From positions 10,922 through 74,921 of the forward strand of contig CAKKSD010000008.1 in the NCBI GenBank assembly GCA_919902995.1: DNA of 64,000 nucleotides, given 5' to 3'. Below are positions 8,222 through 16,182 of the stretch, one piece after another. The notes beneath the pieces are model-generated. The model was not told where the DNA came from, ran no database searches, and worked only from the letters and a program-made list of their open reading frames with translations. Position 1 is the first letter of the stretch. Each line of letters opens with the position of its first letter. Source of the stretch: Thermodesulfovibrionia bacterium. Its GTDB lineage: Bacteria > Nitrospirota > Thermodesulfovibrionia > JACRGW01. Both the position numbers and the translations under genes were made by a program.

Positions 8222-9398
8222 TTAAAGTTCGTATATATATCTTTATCTCCTTATCACGTCGGGAAAAGTTAATGACCTTCATAATGATGTCTTTGTCCCA
8301 TGCTGATTCTGATAATATTTTCTCTAACTTATCTGTGCTTAAATTCGAGACTTCCTCCCATTTCCCTGCCTTCTTTATCAGTTCTTCAAGTTCAGCCCTT
8401 TCAGGTTCGCTTTTTGATGGAAACTTTAATGCATCCTTTTCGCTTATCTTCAGGATACAATCACTGCCCCTCAGTTGTGTTAAGCCTTCTTTATGGGCAT
8501 AGGAGATTATCTTCTCCCTCAGAACTTCAAGCTCATCACTAAATAATTTAACTTGTGCCTTTAATTCAACATAACGGTTTGCAAGGCTTACCCCATCGTC
8601 TTTAAGAAACTCTTCTGCTGGCAGGGTTTCCGTCTTTACGATATGTTTCTGGAATGGGCAGTATTCAGGAAAATCGCAGTATTCACATAGACTATTTTCT
8701 TTTGGCTTGAATTCAGTATCTGTCTTTATGGTCTCAATAAGTTCGACTGTCTTCTCCTCTGTTTCCTCAAGTTCTTCCTCTGTCTTCTCAATAGTGAATT
8801 CTTTATCAAATCTAAGATAGTGCCAGATGAGTTTTACCTTTTCGGCATCACGGTAATTCTGTTTGAGCCCTATCTGGTAGAGTGCAAGCTGTCTGTCGTT
8901 CTCGAGCCACTCATCGTGTGGCAGGTTTCTGGAGGTCTTGTAGTCATGAATCTCGTATATCTCACCATTACTAATATCAAGCCTGTCTATATACCCCCTG
9001 AAATTATATTTATCTTTGAGTTTAAAGGATAAATGTTTTTCTGTTGCAATAGTTCTTATATTGGTAAATGGCTGATAGCGTTTATAATAGTCCCTGATTA
9101 ACCTTTCACCTGTGTCATAGTAGTTCTCTTCAGAAATACCTTCTTTTCTGATAAGTATGTTCTGGTTCCAGTTCTTCGTCCACTCGGATTTATAGAAACT
9201 GAGGAGGTCATCAAGAGGATTTAATTTTGAAAGGATTAGGTCTTCATGGAGTTTTGCGAGGGTCTCATGAACCCTGATTCCAAGAAAAGCCTCTACACCT
9301 TCTATTTCCTCTACATCAACCTTATCTATATACTTAAGCTTGAACTTAAGGGGACAGGTTTCATAAGTAGAAATCATGCTATTTGAATATACTGGCAT
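8202..9398 (-). CDS. PD-(D/E)xK nuclease superfamily protein, RecB/Cas4-like with C-terminal Cys cluster
   Basis: N-terminal YETCPLKFKLKYI (RecB-family motif I), GYIDRLDISNGEIYEIHDYKTS (D..E.K core) and CEYCDFPEYCP (Cas4/AddB-type Fe-S Cys cluster). 398 aa with an extra C-terminal domain. Confidence 0.6.
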   Translation of the reverse strand: MPVYSNSMISTYETCPLKFKLKYIDKVDVEEIEGVEAFLGIRVHETLAKLHEDLILSKLNPLDDLLSFYKSEWTKNWNQNILIRKEGISEENYYDTGERLIRDYYKRYQPFTNIRTIATEKHLSFKLKDKYNFRGYIDRLDISNGEIYEIHDYKTSRNLPHDEWLENDRQLALYQIGLKQNYRDAEKVKLIWHYLRFDKEFTIEKTEEELEETEEKTVELIETIKTDTEFKPKENSLCEYCDFPEYCPFQKHIVKTETLPAEEFLKDDGVSLANRYVELKAQVKLFSDELEVLREKIISYAHKEGLTQLRGSDCILKISEKDALKFPSKSEPERAELEELIKKAGKWEEVSNLSTDKLEKILSESAWDKDIIMKVINFSRRDKEIKIYIRTLNEEGGS

Positions 9399-9450
9399 AT
9401 TATTTAGCCTCCTATATGTTTAAGTCTTGTTAGATTATATATAACTCTTA

Positions 9451-9467
9451 TGACAGCAGTATGTCAG
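9451..9467. promoter_or_regulatory. operator-like inverted repeat TGACAGCAGTATGTCAG (copy E) upstream of the nuclease operon
   Basis: Same motif family. 53 nt upstream of the start of the Cas4-like gene. Confidence 0.5.
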
Positions 9468-9518
9468 AAATAAATAGCCTGCTGAAAAAGTCTCCTTTTA
9501 TTATAGAGTCGTCTTGTT

Positions 9519-9588
9519 TGTCATTCCGCACTTGATGCGGAATCCAGTCTTTTGTTTATTTCTGGATTCCTGTTTCCACGGGAATGAC
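9519..9588. repeat. hairpin-rich intergenic element (gtcattccgcacttgatgcggaatcc ... ggattcc...gggaatgac)
   Basis: Nested inverted repeats. The track's spurious ORF 9514..9717 translates it (VIPHLMRNP). Positioned as a likely terminator downstream of the WYL gene. Confidence 0.4.
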
Positions 9589-9623
9589 TACTTTTTTAAA
9601 GAAATGCGAGTTGTTAAACAAGC

Positions 9624-10604
9624 TCAGTGTCCCTTTAATGCATCACCGAGTTCCCTTTTAACCTGTTTCCTGAGCCATTGGGGCTTAATTACTTCAACAT
9701 CTGGAATCCATGAATAGATCCATCTCTTGATTTCATCCACACCGGCAACAGTGAATGAGAGTTCCACATCCCCTGAAGGAAGGATATTCCTTTTTTCTGA
9801 GGGATGCCACTTTTCTCTCCTTGTGATATACTCGGCTACCTTCTTGGAAAACCTCAGGGTGACATCAACTGCATCATCCTCGTATATCCCCCAGCTCTGA
9901 GAGAGATGATCTTCAATATCAAATTCGCCACGAAAATAATGCCACCTCTCTTTTATGTCTTTAATCCTGTCAATATCAAAATGCCTTAACCTGTTCCTTA
10001 AATGACAGTACCCTATCAGAGTCCATGTCCCCTGATAGAATACCAGTCCGTAAGGGTCTACTTCCCTCTTTGTGACCTCTTTGCTATGGAGGGCTTTATA
10101 GATAATTTCGATCGAGCGTTTCTCTTTAATACAGTCTGAGATAATATTAAAATAGTTATTTAATCTCTCGGTCATGATAGCGTCAGGGATCTTTACGACA
10201 ATAGGAACCCTTGAGGGGAATTTGGTTATATTCGTCATATTAGTTATTAACCTCTTGAAATCTTCCTCAAAGGGCTTACCGAGATGTGAGACCGCCTCAC
10301 CCATTGTGAGGAGCAGCAGAAGTTCTCTATCAGAGAGGGCTGTTTTCTTTATGCGGTCAGTATTCACAAATCTATACCCCTTTCTCTCCTTGTCAAACTC
10401 TATAGTATCTATCATATTTATTATCTCAAGATACCTGTAAACAGTCCTTTCCTTTACTTCGAATTCCTCAGAAAGATATCCTACTGATGGGTATTTGTTC
10501 TGTGCAATCAGGGTGTAGGCTTTAAGGATATTGATAACCTTCTCTGATATGCCAGCAGGTTTGGATTTCTTATGTTTAAGGTTTTTAAAGGGAGGCTTTT
10601 TCAT
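9624..10604 (-). CDS. WYL-domain transcriptional regulator (BrxR/CapW-like, HTH + WYL)
   Basis: 326 aa. N-terminal wHTH (YLSEEFEVKERTVYRYLEII), central WYL-type segment (DPYGLVFYQGTWTLIGYCHLRNRLRHFDIDRI) and a C-terminal domain. Operator copy F lies upstream. Confidence 0.65.
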   Translation of the reverse strand: MKKPPFKNLKHKKSKPAGISEKVINILKAYTLIAQNKYPSVGYLSEEFEVKERTVYRYLEIINMIDTIEFDKERKGYRFVNTDRIKKTALSDRELLLLLTMGEAVSHLGKPFEEDFKRLITNMTNITKFPSRVPIVVKIPDAIMTERLNNYFNIISDCIKEKRSIEIIYKALHSKEVTKREVDPYGLVFYQGTWTLIGYCHLRNRLRHFDIDRIKDIKERWHYFRGEFDIEDHLSQSWGIYEDDAVDVTLRFSKKVAEYITRREKWHPSEKRNILPSGDVELSFTVAGVDEIKRWIYSWIPDVEVIKPQWLRKQVKRELGDALKGH

Positions 10605-10703
10605 GTTTTATCTTATCTGATTATTACCCTGTATTCCACTCCGAATAATTACCTTATTGACATAATGAAAAGGGCTTTAATATTTTAATTATAGCATATT
10701 TAA

Positions 10704-10721
10704 CTGACAGCACTATGACAG
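10704..10721. promoter_or_regulatory. operator-like inverted repeat CTGACAGCACTATGACAG (copy F) upstream of the WYL regulator gene
   Basis: Palindromic arms CTGACAG/CTGTCAG, about 85 nt upstream of the regulator start. Consistent with an autoregulatory site. Confidence 0.5.
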
Positions 10722-10793
10722 TTAAAATCCCCGTGCTTATTTTATAGGGAAAACGATTGCAATTAAACCTCTGAACCTATTATAATTATAACA

Positions 10794-11366
10794 ATGAAGC
10801 TTGTGTCGATCACAGGGGCACACAGCGGTGTGGGGAAGACCTCTCTCGCTGCTCTTATTTTAAGAGAAATCAAGGGCTTCTCCGCCATAAAGGTTACAAG
10901 GACAGAACTCTTTACCTCTATAACTATGGATGAAGAAATCATCTCTGAAAAAGGGAAAGATTCCTGTATCCTTAAAGAAAGCGGTGCCGATAAGGTTATA
11001 TGGGTAAAAGCAACCTATGATGATCTTAAAGAATGCCTTACACAGGCCCTATCAATGATAGGGAATACAGGTGGTGTGATAATTGAAGGTAACAGTCCTC
11101 TGGACTTTATAGATCCAGACCTTGTGATATTTATAATAAAAGATAATCTGACAGAGCTAAAACCGAGCGGAAGAAAGGCACTCGAAAGGGCAGATCTCGT
11201 AGTAATAAATACACAATTGGATGACCTCGAAATATTGAAGAAGGAAATCAAAGGTATAAATCCTTTAGTAGATGTATTTTTGAGTGATCTGTCAAAAGGT
11301 GAGATAGAGAAAGGATTTTTCGATATGGTAAAGAAAAAAATGGTGATGGAGCTTTCCTGTGGATAA
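10794..11366 (+). CDS. mobB: molybdopterin-guanine dinucleotide biosynthesis adapter MobB-like P-loop NTPase
   Basis: Walker A GAHSGVGKTSL. GKDSCILKESGA and IIEGNSPLD align with the MobB motifs GKDSYELRKAGA and LVEGFKHE. Confidence 0.5.
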   Translation: MKLVSITGAHSGVGKTSLAALILREIKGFSAIKVTRTELFTSITMDEEIISEKGKDSCILKESGADKVIWVKATYDDLKECLTQALSMIGNTGGVIIEGNSPLDFIDPDLVIFIIKDNLTELKPSGRKALERADLVVINTQLDDLEILKKEIKGINPLVDVFLSDLSKGEIEKGFFDMVKKKMVMELSCG

Positions 11367-11529
11367 GGCACTGATTGAGGCGATAAGGGTCGCCTCACCT
11401 GACAATCAGATTTCCTGTACAAAGGCAAGAGAGCTATCGGAGAGATTTGGTATTCCCCTGTCAGAGATAGGAAGATTGGCTAACGAACTCAAGATTAAGA
11501 TCGTTGCCTGTGAACTTGGGTGCTTCTGA
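11359..11529 (+). CDS. small ORF (56 aa, GTG start) bridging mobB and ccsA
   Basis: VDKALIEAIRVASPDNQISCTKARELSERFGIPLSEIGRLANELKIKIVACELGCF. Overlaps both neighbours and is not in the track (<60 aa). Confidence 0.2.
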   Translation: MDKALIEAIRVASPDNQISCTKARELSERFGIPLSEIGRLANELKIKIVACELGCF

Positions 11530-12344
11530 TGGATATCACCTTTTACTGGATAACCCTAAGTTTATATTTTATTTCAACATCCCTTTCTATAGTCTACATT
11601 TTCAGACGGCAAGGAATACTTTTCAAGGGTTCTCTCGCCTTTACAGCATTCGGTTTTTTTACACATACCCTAAGTATTCTAATAAGATTCTATGAGTCTT
11701 CCCATCTCCCAATAACGAACTTCTCTGAAGCAACATCTTTCTTCAGCTGGTGTATCGTACTGCTCTTCTTCTTTCTCGAATATAGATACAGGATAGGCCT
11801 TCTGGGTTCCTTTATACTCCCCTTTGTGGTCGTACTTCTTCTCTCTTCTTCCGCCCTTCCCTCCGAGATAAAACCCCTGAACCCTCTACTACGGAGTTAC
11901 TGGCTTGGAATACATACAGTTTTTGTCTTTCTCGGTAATGCAGCCTTTGCACTTGCCTCAGGTGTCGGGATTATGTATCTGATACAGGAAAAATATGTGA
12001 AGTCCAGACACCCCGGTGGTCTCTTCGAAAGGCTACCGAGCCTGCAGATCCTCGATGAGGTAAATTACAGACTTATAACCTTAGGATTTCCATTCCTGAC
12101 CCTCGCAATAATCTCGGGTGCATTATGGGCAGAGAAGACCTGGGGAAGTTACTGGAGGTGGGACCCGAAAGAAGTCTGGTCACTAATCACATGGTTTTTA
12201 TACGCCCTTGTATTTCATGTAAGATTTGTCTCCGGTTGGAGGGGAAAGAAGGCGGCGATACTTTCTATTATCGGTTTTGCCTCTGTTCTTTTCACATTCT
12301 TAGGGATCAGGTTCCTTATTAAAGGCATCCATATATTTGAATGA
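11520..12344 (+). CDS. ccsA: cytochrome c assembly protein CcsA-like (hemA-associated)
   Basis: Polytopic membrane protein with the WGSYWRWDPKEVWSL motif (WGxxWxWDxxE) typical of CcsA/ResC. Lies directly upstream of hemA. Confidence 0.7.
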   Translation: MLLMDITFYWITLSLYFISTSLSIVYIFRRQGILFKGSLAFTAFGFFTHTLSILIRFYESSHLPITNFSEATSFFSWCIVLLFFFLEYRYRIGLLGSFILPFVVVLLLSSSALPSEIKPLNPLLRSYWLGIHTVFVFLGNAAFALASGVGIMYLIQEKYVKSRHPGGLFERLPSLQILDEVNYRLITLGFPFLTLAIISGALWAEKTWGSYWRWDPKEVWSLITWFLYALVFHVRFVSGWRGKKAAILSIIGFASVLFTFLGIRFLIKGIHIFE

Positions 12345-13630
12345 GCATTATAGTAGTTGGTCTTAATCACAGAACTGCCGATATCGAGATGAGGGAGAGG
12401 TTTGCCTTCCCCAGAGAGAAGCTTGCAGAAGGTCTGAAAGAATTACTCTCAATCGAAGAGATAAGGGAGGGTATTATCCTTTCAACCTGTAACAGGGTTG
12501 AAGTCTATTGTGTTATCTTTGATCCTGCTGATGGTGAAAGGGAGATAAAGACCTTCCTCTCAGACTTCCACAATGTCCCCCTCGAAAAACTGGAATTAAT
12601 TCTATACACATATAAGAAGGAGGACGCAGTAAGGCATGTCTTCAGGGTTGCATCAAGCCTGGATTCGATGGTCTTAGGAGAACCGCAGATACTCGGCCAG
12701 ATTAAAGACGCATACAGTAAGTCACTTGTACTGAATACAACAGGTGTAATTCTAAACCGTCTTATTAAGAAGGCGATCTCTGTTGCAAAGAAGGTGAGGA
12801 CAGAGACGAGGATTGGAGAGAATGCAGTTTCTATAAGTTATGTTGCGGTAGAACTCGCAAAAAAAATCTTTGAGGATATACATGTAAGGACATCTATGCT
12901 CCTCGGAGCAGGGGATATGGCTGAACTCGCTGCAAGACATCTCTTGAAAAGTGGAGTAAAGGGTATAACAGTGGCTAACAGAACCTATGGGCGGGCTGTT
13001 GAGCTTGCAGCGGAACTCAAAGGAACAGCTGTAAAGTGGGAGGATTTCCTTAAAGAGATGCTTTATACGGATATAGTGATCTGTTCTACAGGTGCCTCAG
13101 GATATGTCTTTACAGATGAACAGGCAAGGAGATTGATGAAGGAGAGGAGACACAAACCGATCTTCATCATAGATATATCCGTTCCCAGGAATATAGACCC
13201 TGCTGTAAATGAAATCGACAATATATATCTCTATAATATCGATGACCTTCAGGATATCGTAGATTCAAATATTCTCGAGAGAAGAAAAGAGGCAGAGGCT
13301 GCAGAAGGAATTGTGGGTAAAGCGGTGGAGAGTTTCCTCGCCTGGGAGAAGTCCCTCGAAGCTGTACCAACGATAGTGGAAATCAAGGAAAGGATGGAAG
13401 TTATAAGAAAGGAAGAACTCGAAAAGATAATGAACAAACTTAACGGAATGAGTGAGAGGGAAATAAAGATAGTAGAGGCACTTACGGCTTCTATAGTGAA
13501 TAAGATCCTCCATCCTTCTCTATCAGTCCTCAAGGAAGAGATAGACCCTGAGAACAGGGCTACCTACATATATCTCGCAAGGAGGCTTTTCGGTCTCGAC
13601 AGGGAAGAGGGTATTGGAGAGGATAATTAA
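12341..13630 (+). CDS. hemA: glutamyl-tRNA reductase
   Basis: LSTCNRVEVY active-site motif, NADP-binding GAGDMAELAARHL, 429 aa. Confidence 0.9.
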   Translation: MSIIVVGLNHRTADIEMRERFAFPREKLAEGLKELLSIEEIREGIILSTCNRVEVYCVIFDPADGEREIKTFLSDFHNVPLEKLELILYTYKKEDAVRHVFRVASSLDSMVLGEPQILGQIKDAYSKSLVLNTTGVILNRLIKKAISVAKKVRTETRIGENAVSISYVAVELAKKIFEDIHVRTSMLLGAGDMAELAARHLLKSGVKGITVANRTYGRAVELAAELKGTAVKWEDFLKEMLYTDIVICSTGASGYVFTDEQARRLMKERRHKPIFIIDISVPRNIDPAVNEIDNIYLYNIDDLQDIVDSNILERRKEAEAAEGIVGKAVESFLAWEKSLEAVPTIVEIKERMEVIRKEELEKIMNKLNGMSEREIKIVEALTASIVNKILHPSLSVLKEEIDPENRATYIYLARRLFGLDREEGIGEDN

Positions 13631-14654
13631 GATAGGTACAAGGGGAAGCAGGCTCGCCCTGTGGCAGGCAGAGTGGATTAAGTCGAGACTCGAGGAATAT
13701 CGTAAAGACATTAAGGTTAAACTTGTCAGAATTAAAACAACAGGTGATAAGATTCTCGATGTTCCTTTATCAAGGGTTGGAGGGAAAGGGCTCTTTGTAA
13801 AAGAGATCGAAGAGGGGCTTCTGAAGGATACTATCGATCTGGCTGTCCATAGTATGAAGGATCTTCCTACGGAATTGCCAGCCGGCCTTTATATCGGAGC
13901 CATAACAGAGAGGGAGGATCCGAGGGATGCCTTGATAATTAAAGTTCAAAGTTCAAAGTTCAAAGTTAAAAGTTTTAAAGACCTGCCAAAGGATGCTGTC
14001 GTTGGGACGAGCAGTCTCAGACGTCAATCTCAGCTGAAAGCTATTAGACCTGACCTTAATATAATAAATCTCAGAGGAAATCTCGATACAAGGATAAGGA
14101 AGCTTGTTGAGGGAAAGTTTGATGCTATAGTAGTCGCCTCAGCAGGGGTAAGGAGGCTTGGATTGGGAGACAGAATCACAGAATACCTTCCACCTGAGGT
14201 GAGCCTACCTGCAATCGGACAGGGTGCATTAGGTATTGAGATCAGGATGAATGATAAATTCACAGGAGAACTTGTTGGTTTCCTTAATCATGAAGAAACA
14301 TCCCTCTGTGTTAAAGCGGAAAGGGCCTTTCTTAAAAGGCTCGAGGGAGGGTGTCAGGTACCGATTGCGGCGTATGCGAGAATACGCAGTCAGGAGTCAT
14401 CAGTCTTCAGTCATCAGTCAAAAAAGATATCTGAGAAAAACAATTATGGACGGAGGACAGAGGACAATGGACTGATTGTTATGGATGGCCTTGTAGGAAG
14501 CGTGAGCGGTGACAGGATTGTGAGGGGACATATCGAAGGTAAAACCTGGGAATCAGAGACTATTGGGGTCAAGCTTGCAGAAGATCTCCTGTCGAGAGGG
14601 GGACGGGAAATACTCAATGAGATCTATGGAAAGAGTGAATCTTTAAAGGTTTGA
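13614..14654 (+). CDS. hemC: hydroxymethylbilane synthase (porphobilinogen deaminase)
   Basis: KIGTRGSRLALWQA, GGKGLFVKE and VGTSSLRRQ motifs. Contains two in-frame heptamer-repeat insertions (13941-13980 and 14391-14424). Confidence 0.9.
   Translation: MERIIKIGTRGSRLALWQAEWIKSRLEEYRKDIKVKLVRIKTTGDKILDVPLSRVGGKGLFVKEIEEGLLKDTIDLAVHSMKDLPTELPAGLYIGAITEREDPRDALIIKVQSSKFKVKSFKDLPKDAVVGTSSLRRQSQLKAIRPDLNIINLRGNLDTRIRKLVEGKFDAIVVASAGVRRLGLGDRITEYLPPEVSLPAIGQGALGIEIRMNDKFTGELVGFLNHEETSLCVKAERAFLKRLEGGCQVPIAAYARIRSQESSVFSHQSKKISEKNNYGRRTEDNGLIVMDGLVGSVSGDRIVRGHIEGKTWESETIGVKLAEDLLSRGGREILNEIYGKSESLKV
13941..13980. repeat. tandem heptanucleotide repeat (aaagttc)n inside hemC, in frame
   Basis: aaagttcaaagttcaaagttcaaagttaaaagttttaaag encodes KVQSSKFKVKSFK. 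Confidence 0.7.
14391..14424. repeat. tandem heptanucleotide repeat (tcagtca)n inside hemC, in frame
   Basis: cagtcaggagtcatcagtcttcagtcatcagtca encodes QSQESSVFSHQS, an insertion relative to typical HemC. Confidence 0.65.
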
Positions 14655-14657
14655 ATT

Positions 14658-15584
14658 ATGGTATACAAAGAAGAATTAGAAGAAAAGGATATAGATTCGC
14701 TCGATGTAATAGAAGGTGAAACTTCATTAATACCCTATGATACCATCGGGCATTATCTTGCTGAGATCAGGAAGTATCCCTTTCTCTCTAAGGAAGATGA
14801 ATTCAGGCTGGCGGTGGATTATAAGGAGAAAAAGGATATGGATGCCCTTATCAAACTTATCCTCTCTAACCTGAGGGTGGTTGTATCTATAGCCTTTGAA
14901 TATAAAGATACGCATCTCAACCTTTCAGACCTTATTCAGGAAGGGAACATAGGACTGATGCAGTCCCTGAAGAAATTTGACCCTTACAGAGGTGTCCGCC
15001 TTTATACCTATGCCTCCTGGTGGATCAGGGCATATATCCTCCGTTATATCATCAATAACTGGAGACTTGTCAAAATCGGTACAACCGAATCCCAGAGGAA
15101 ACTTTTCTATAACCTTATGAAGGAAAAACAGCGTTTAGAGGCACAGGGTCTCGAATCTTCCCCGAAACTTCTTGCAGAGAAGTTGCAGGTTAAAGAGAAG
15201 GATGTGATCGAGATGTCTGAACGTCTGGGCAACTGGGAGTTATCTCTTGACCAGCCGGTATATGAAGGTTCAGAGGAGACCTTACTCGGTCATATAATCC
15301 CTGGTGGTATAAATGTTGAAGAAATACTGGAAGAAAAAGAATTAAAAAACCTCTTCGTGGAAAAATTGAAGGAATTCTCAAAGACATTGAATAAAAGAGA
15401 CCTTGAGATACTTCAGAGAAGGATACTCTCCACAAACCCTGAAACCCTTGATGATATAGGCAAGAGGAACAGGATTTCAAAAGAACGTGTTCGTCAGATT
15501 GAGAAGAAGATAGTTCAAAGAATTAAAGAATTTATGAAAAAGGAGATAAAGGACTTTGATATTATAAAAGATGGGCGGCCCTGA
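14658..15584 (+). CDS. RNA polymerase sigma-70 family factor, RpoH-like (heat-shock sigma)
   Basis: Regions 2 to 4 are present (DLIQEGNIGLMQSLKKFD, ASWWIRAYI) with an RpoH-box-like SQRKLFYNLMK. The adjacent divergent hsp20 supports a heat-shock role. Confidence 0.65.
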   Translation: MVYKEELEEKDIDSLDVIEGETSLIPYDTIGHYLAEIRKYPFLSKEDEFRLAVDYKEKKDMDALIKLILSNLRVVVSIAFEYKDTHLNLSDLIQEGNIGLMQSLKKFDPYRGVRLYTYASWWIRAYILRYIINNWRLVKIGTTESQRKLFYNLMKEKQRLEAQGLESSPKLLAEKLQVKEKDVIEMSERLGNWELSLDQPVYEGSEETLLGHIIPGGINVEEILEEKELKNLFVEKLKEFSKTLNKRDLEILQRRILSTNPETLDDIGKRNRISKERVRQIEKKIVQRIKEFMKKEIKDFDIIKDGRP

Positions 15585-15594
15585 AGGGCCGCCC
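15573..15594. terminator. GC-rich hairpin gggcggccctgaagggccgccc, probable bidirectional terminator between the rpoH-like gene and hsp20
   Basis: Perfect 9-bp stem. On the minus strand it is followed by a T-rich run. Confidence 0.5.
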
Positions 15595-15604
15595 TCCTCT
15601 CCCA

Positions 15605-16060
15605 TCAGGATTTTACCTCAATAGGTATCGCCTTTGGCTTTATTTCTTCCTTCTTTGGAAGATCAATCTTAAGAACACCTCTATCGTAGGTTGCCTTCAC
15701 CTTGTCAACCTCGACTGTCGAAGGAAGACTAAAGGTCCTGCAAAAACTTCCATATACCCTTTCTACTCTCTGATAATTCTCCTTTTTATCTTCCCCTTCA
15801 AGTTTCCTCTCTCCCTTAATAGTCAAGGTATTATTCTCAATCTTGAGATCTATATCCTTCAGGTCCATTTCTGGGAGTTCTGCCTTTATTAATAACCTTT
15901 CTGAATCCTCGTAGATATCAACAGCAGGTACCCAAGACCATATTTCACCATGGACCTCAGAGATAGAGGGCCTGAAGAAGGTCTCATGGAAGAGCCTATC
16001 GATTTGATCCCTCAGGGGAAGTACCTCTTTAAAAGGTTCCCATCTCATAAGTTTCATCAT
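15605..16060 (-). CDS. Hsp20/alpha-crystallin family small heat-shock protein
   Basis: Alpha-crystallin domain (VDIYEDSERLLIKAELPEMDLKDIDLKIENNTLTIKGERK...GSFCRTFSLP). The ATG at 16058-16060 has an SD ggaggtg. The track ORF extends upstream artefactually. Confidence 0.8.
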   Translation of the reverse strand: MMKLMRWEPFKEVLPLRDQIDRLFHETFFRPSISEVHGEIWSWVPAVDIYEDSERLLIKAELPEMDLKDIDLKIENNTLTIKGERKLEGEDKKENYQRVERVYGSFCRTFSLPSTVEVDKVKATYDRGVLKIDLPKKEEIKPKAIPIEVKS

Positions 16061-16182
16061 ATTCACCTCCTTCACTTTTAATTTCTGGTTATAATTTAAC
16101 CATTGTTTTTTAGAAGTCAAGGATTGCATAGTAAAAACTTCTTTACCCAAAAAACCTCCTGGTGGTAATATATATATTTATC

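Noticed and set aside
13249-13533. Antisense ORFs inside hemA (13249..13533, 13265..13513, 13167..13370) and similar antisense ORFs inside uvrA, livF (45871..46224), RNase J (54442..55434) and the PAS/GAF gene.
   Set aside because: They lie entirely within strongly supported genes on the opposite strand, have low-complexity Ser/Leu-rich translations and have no start or SD context.
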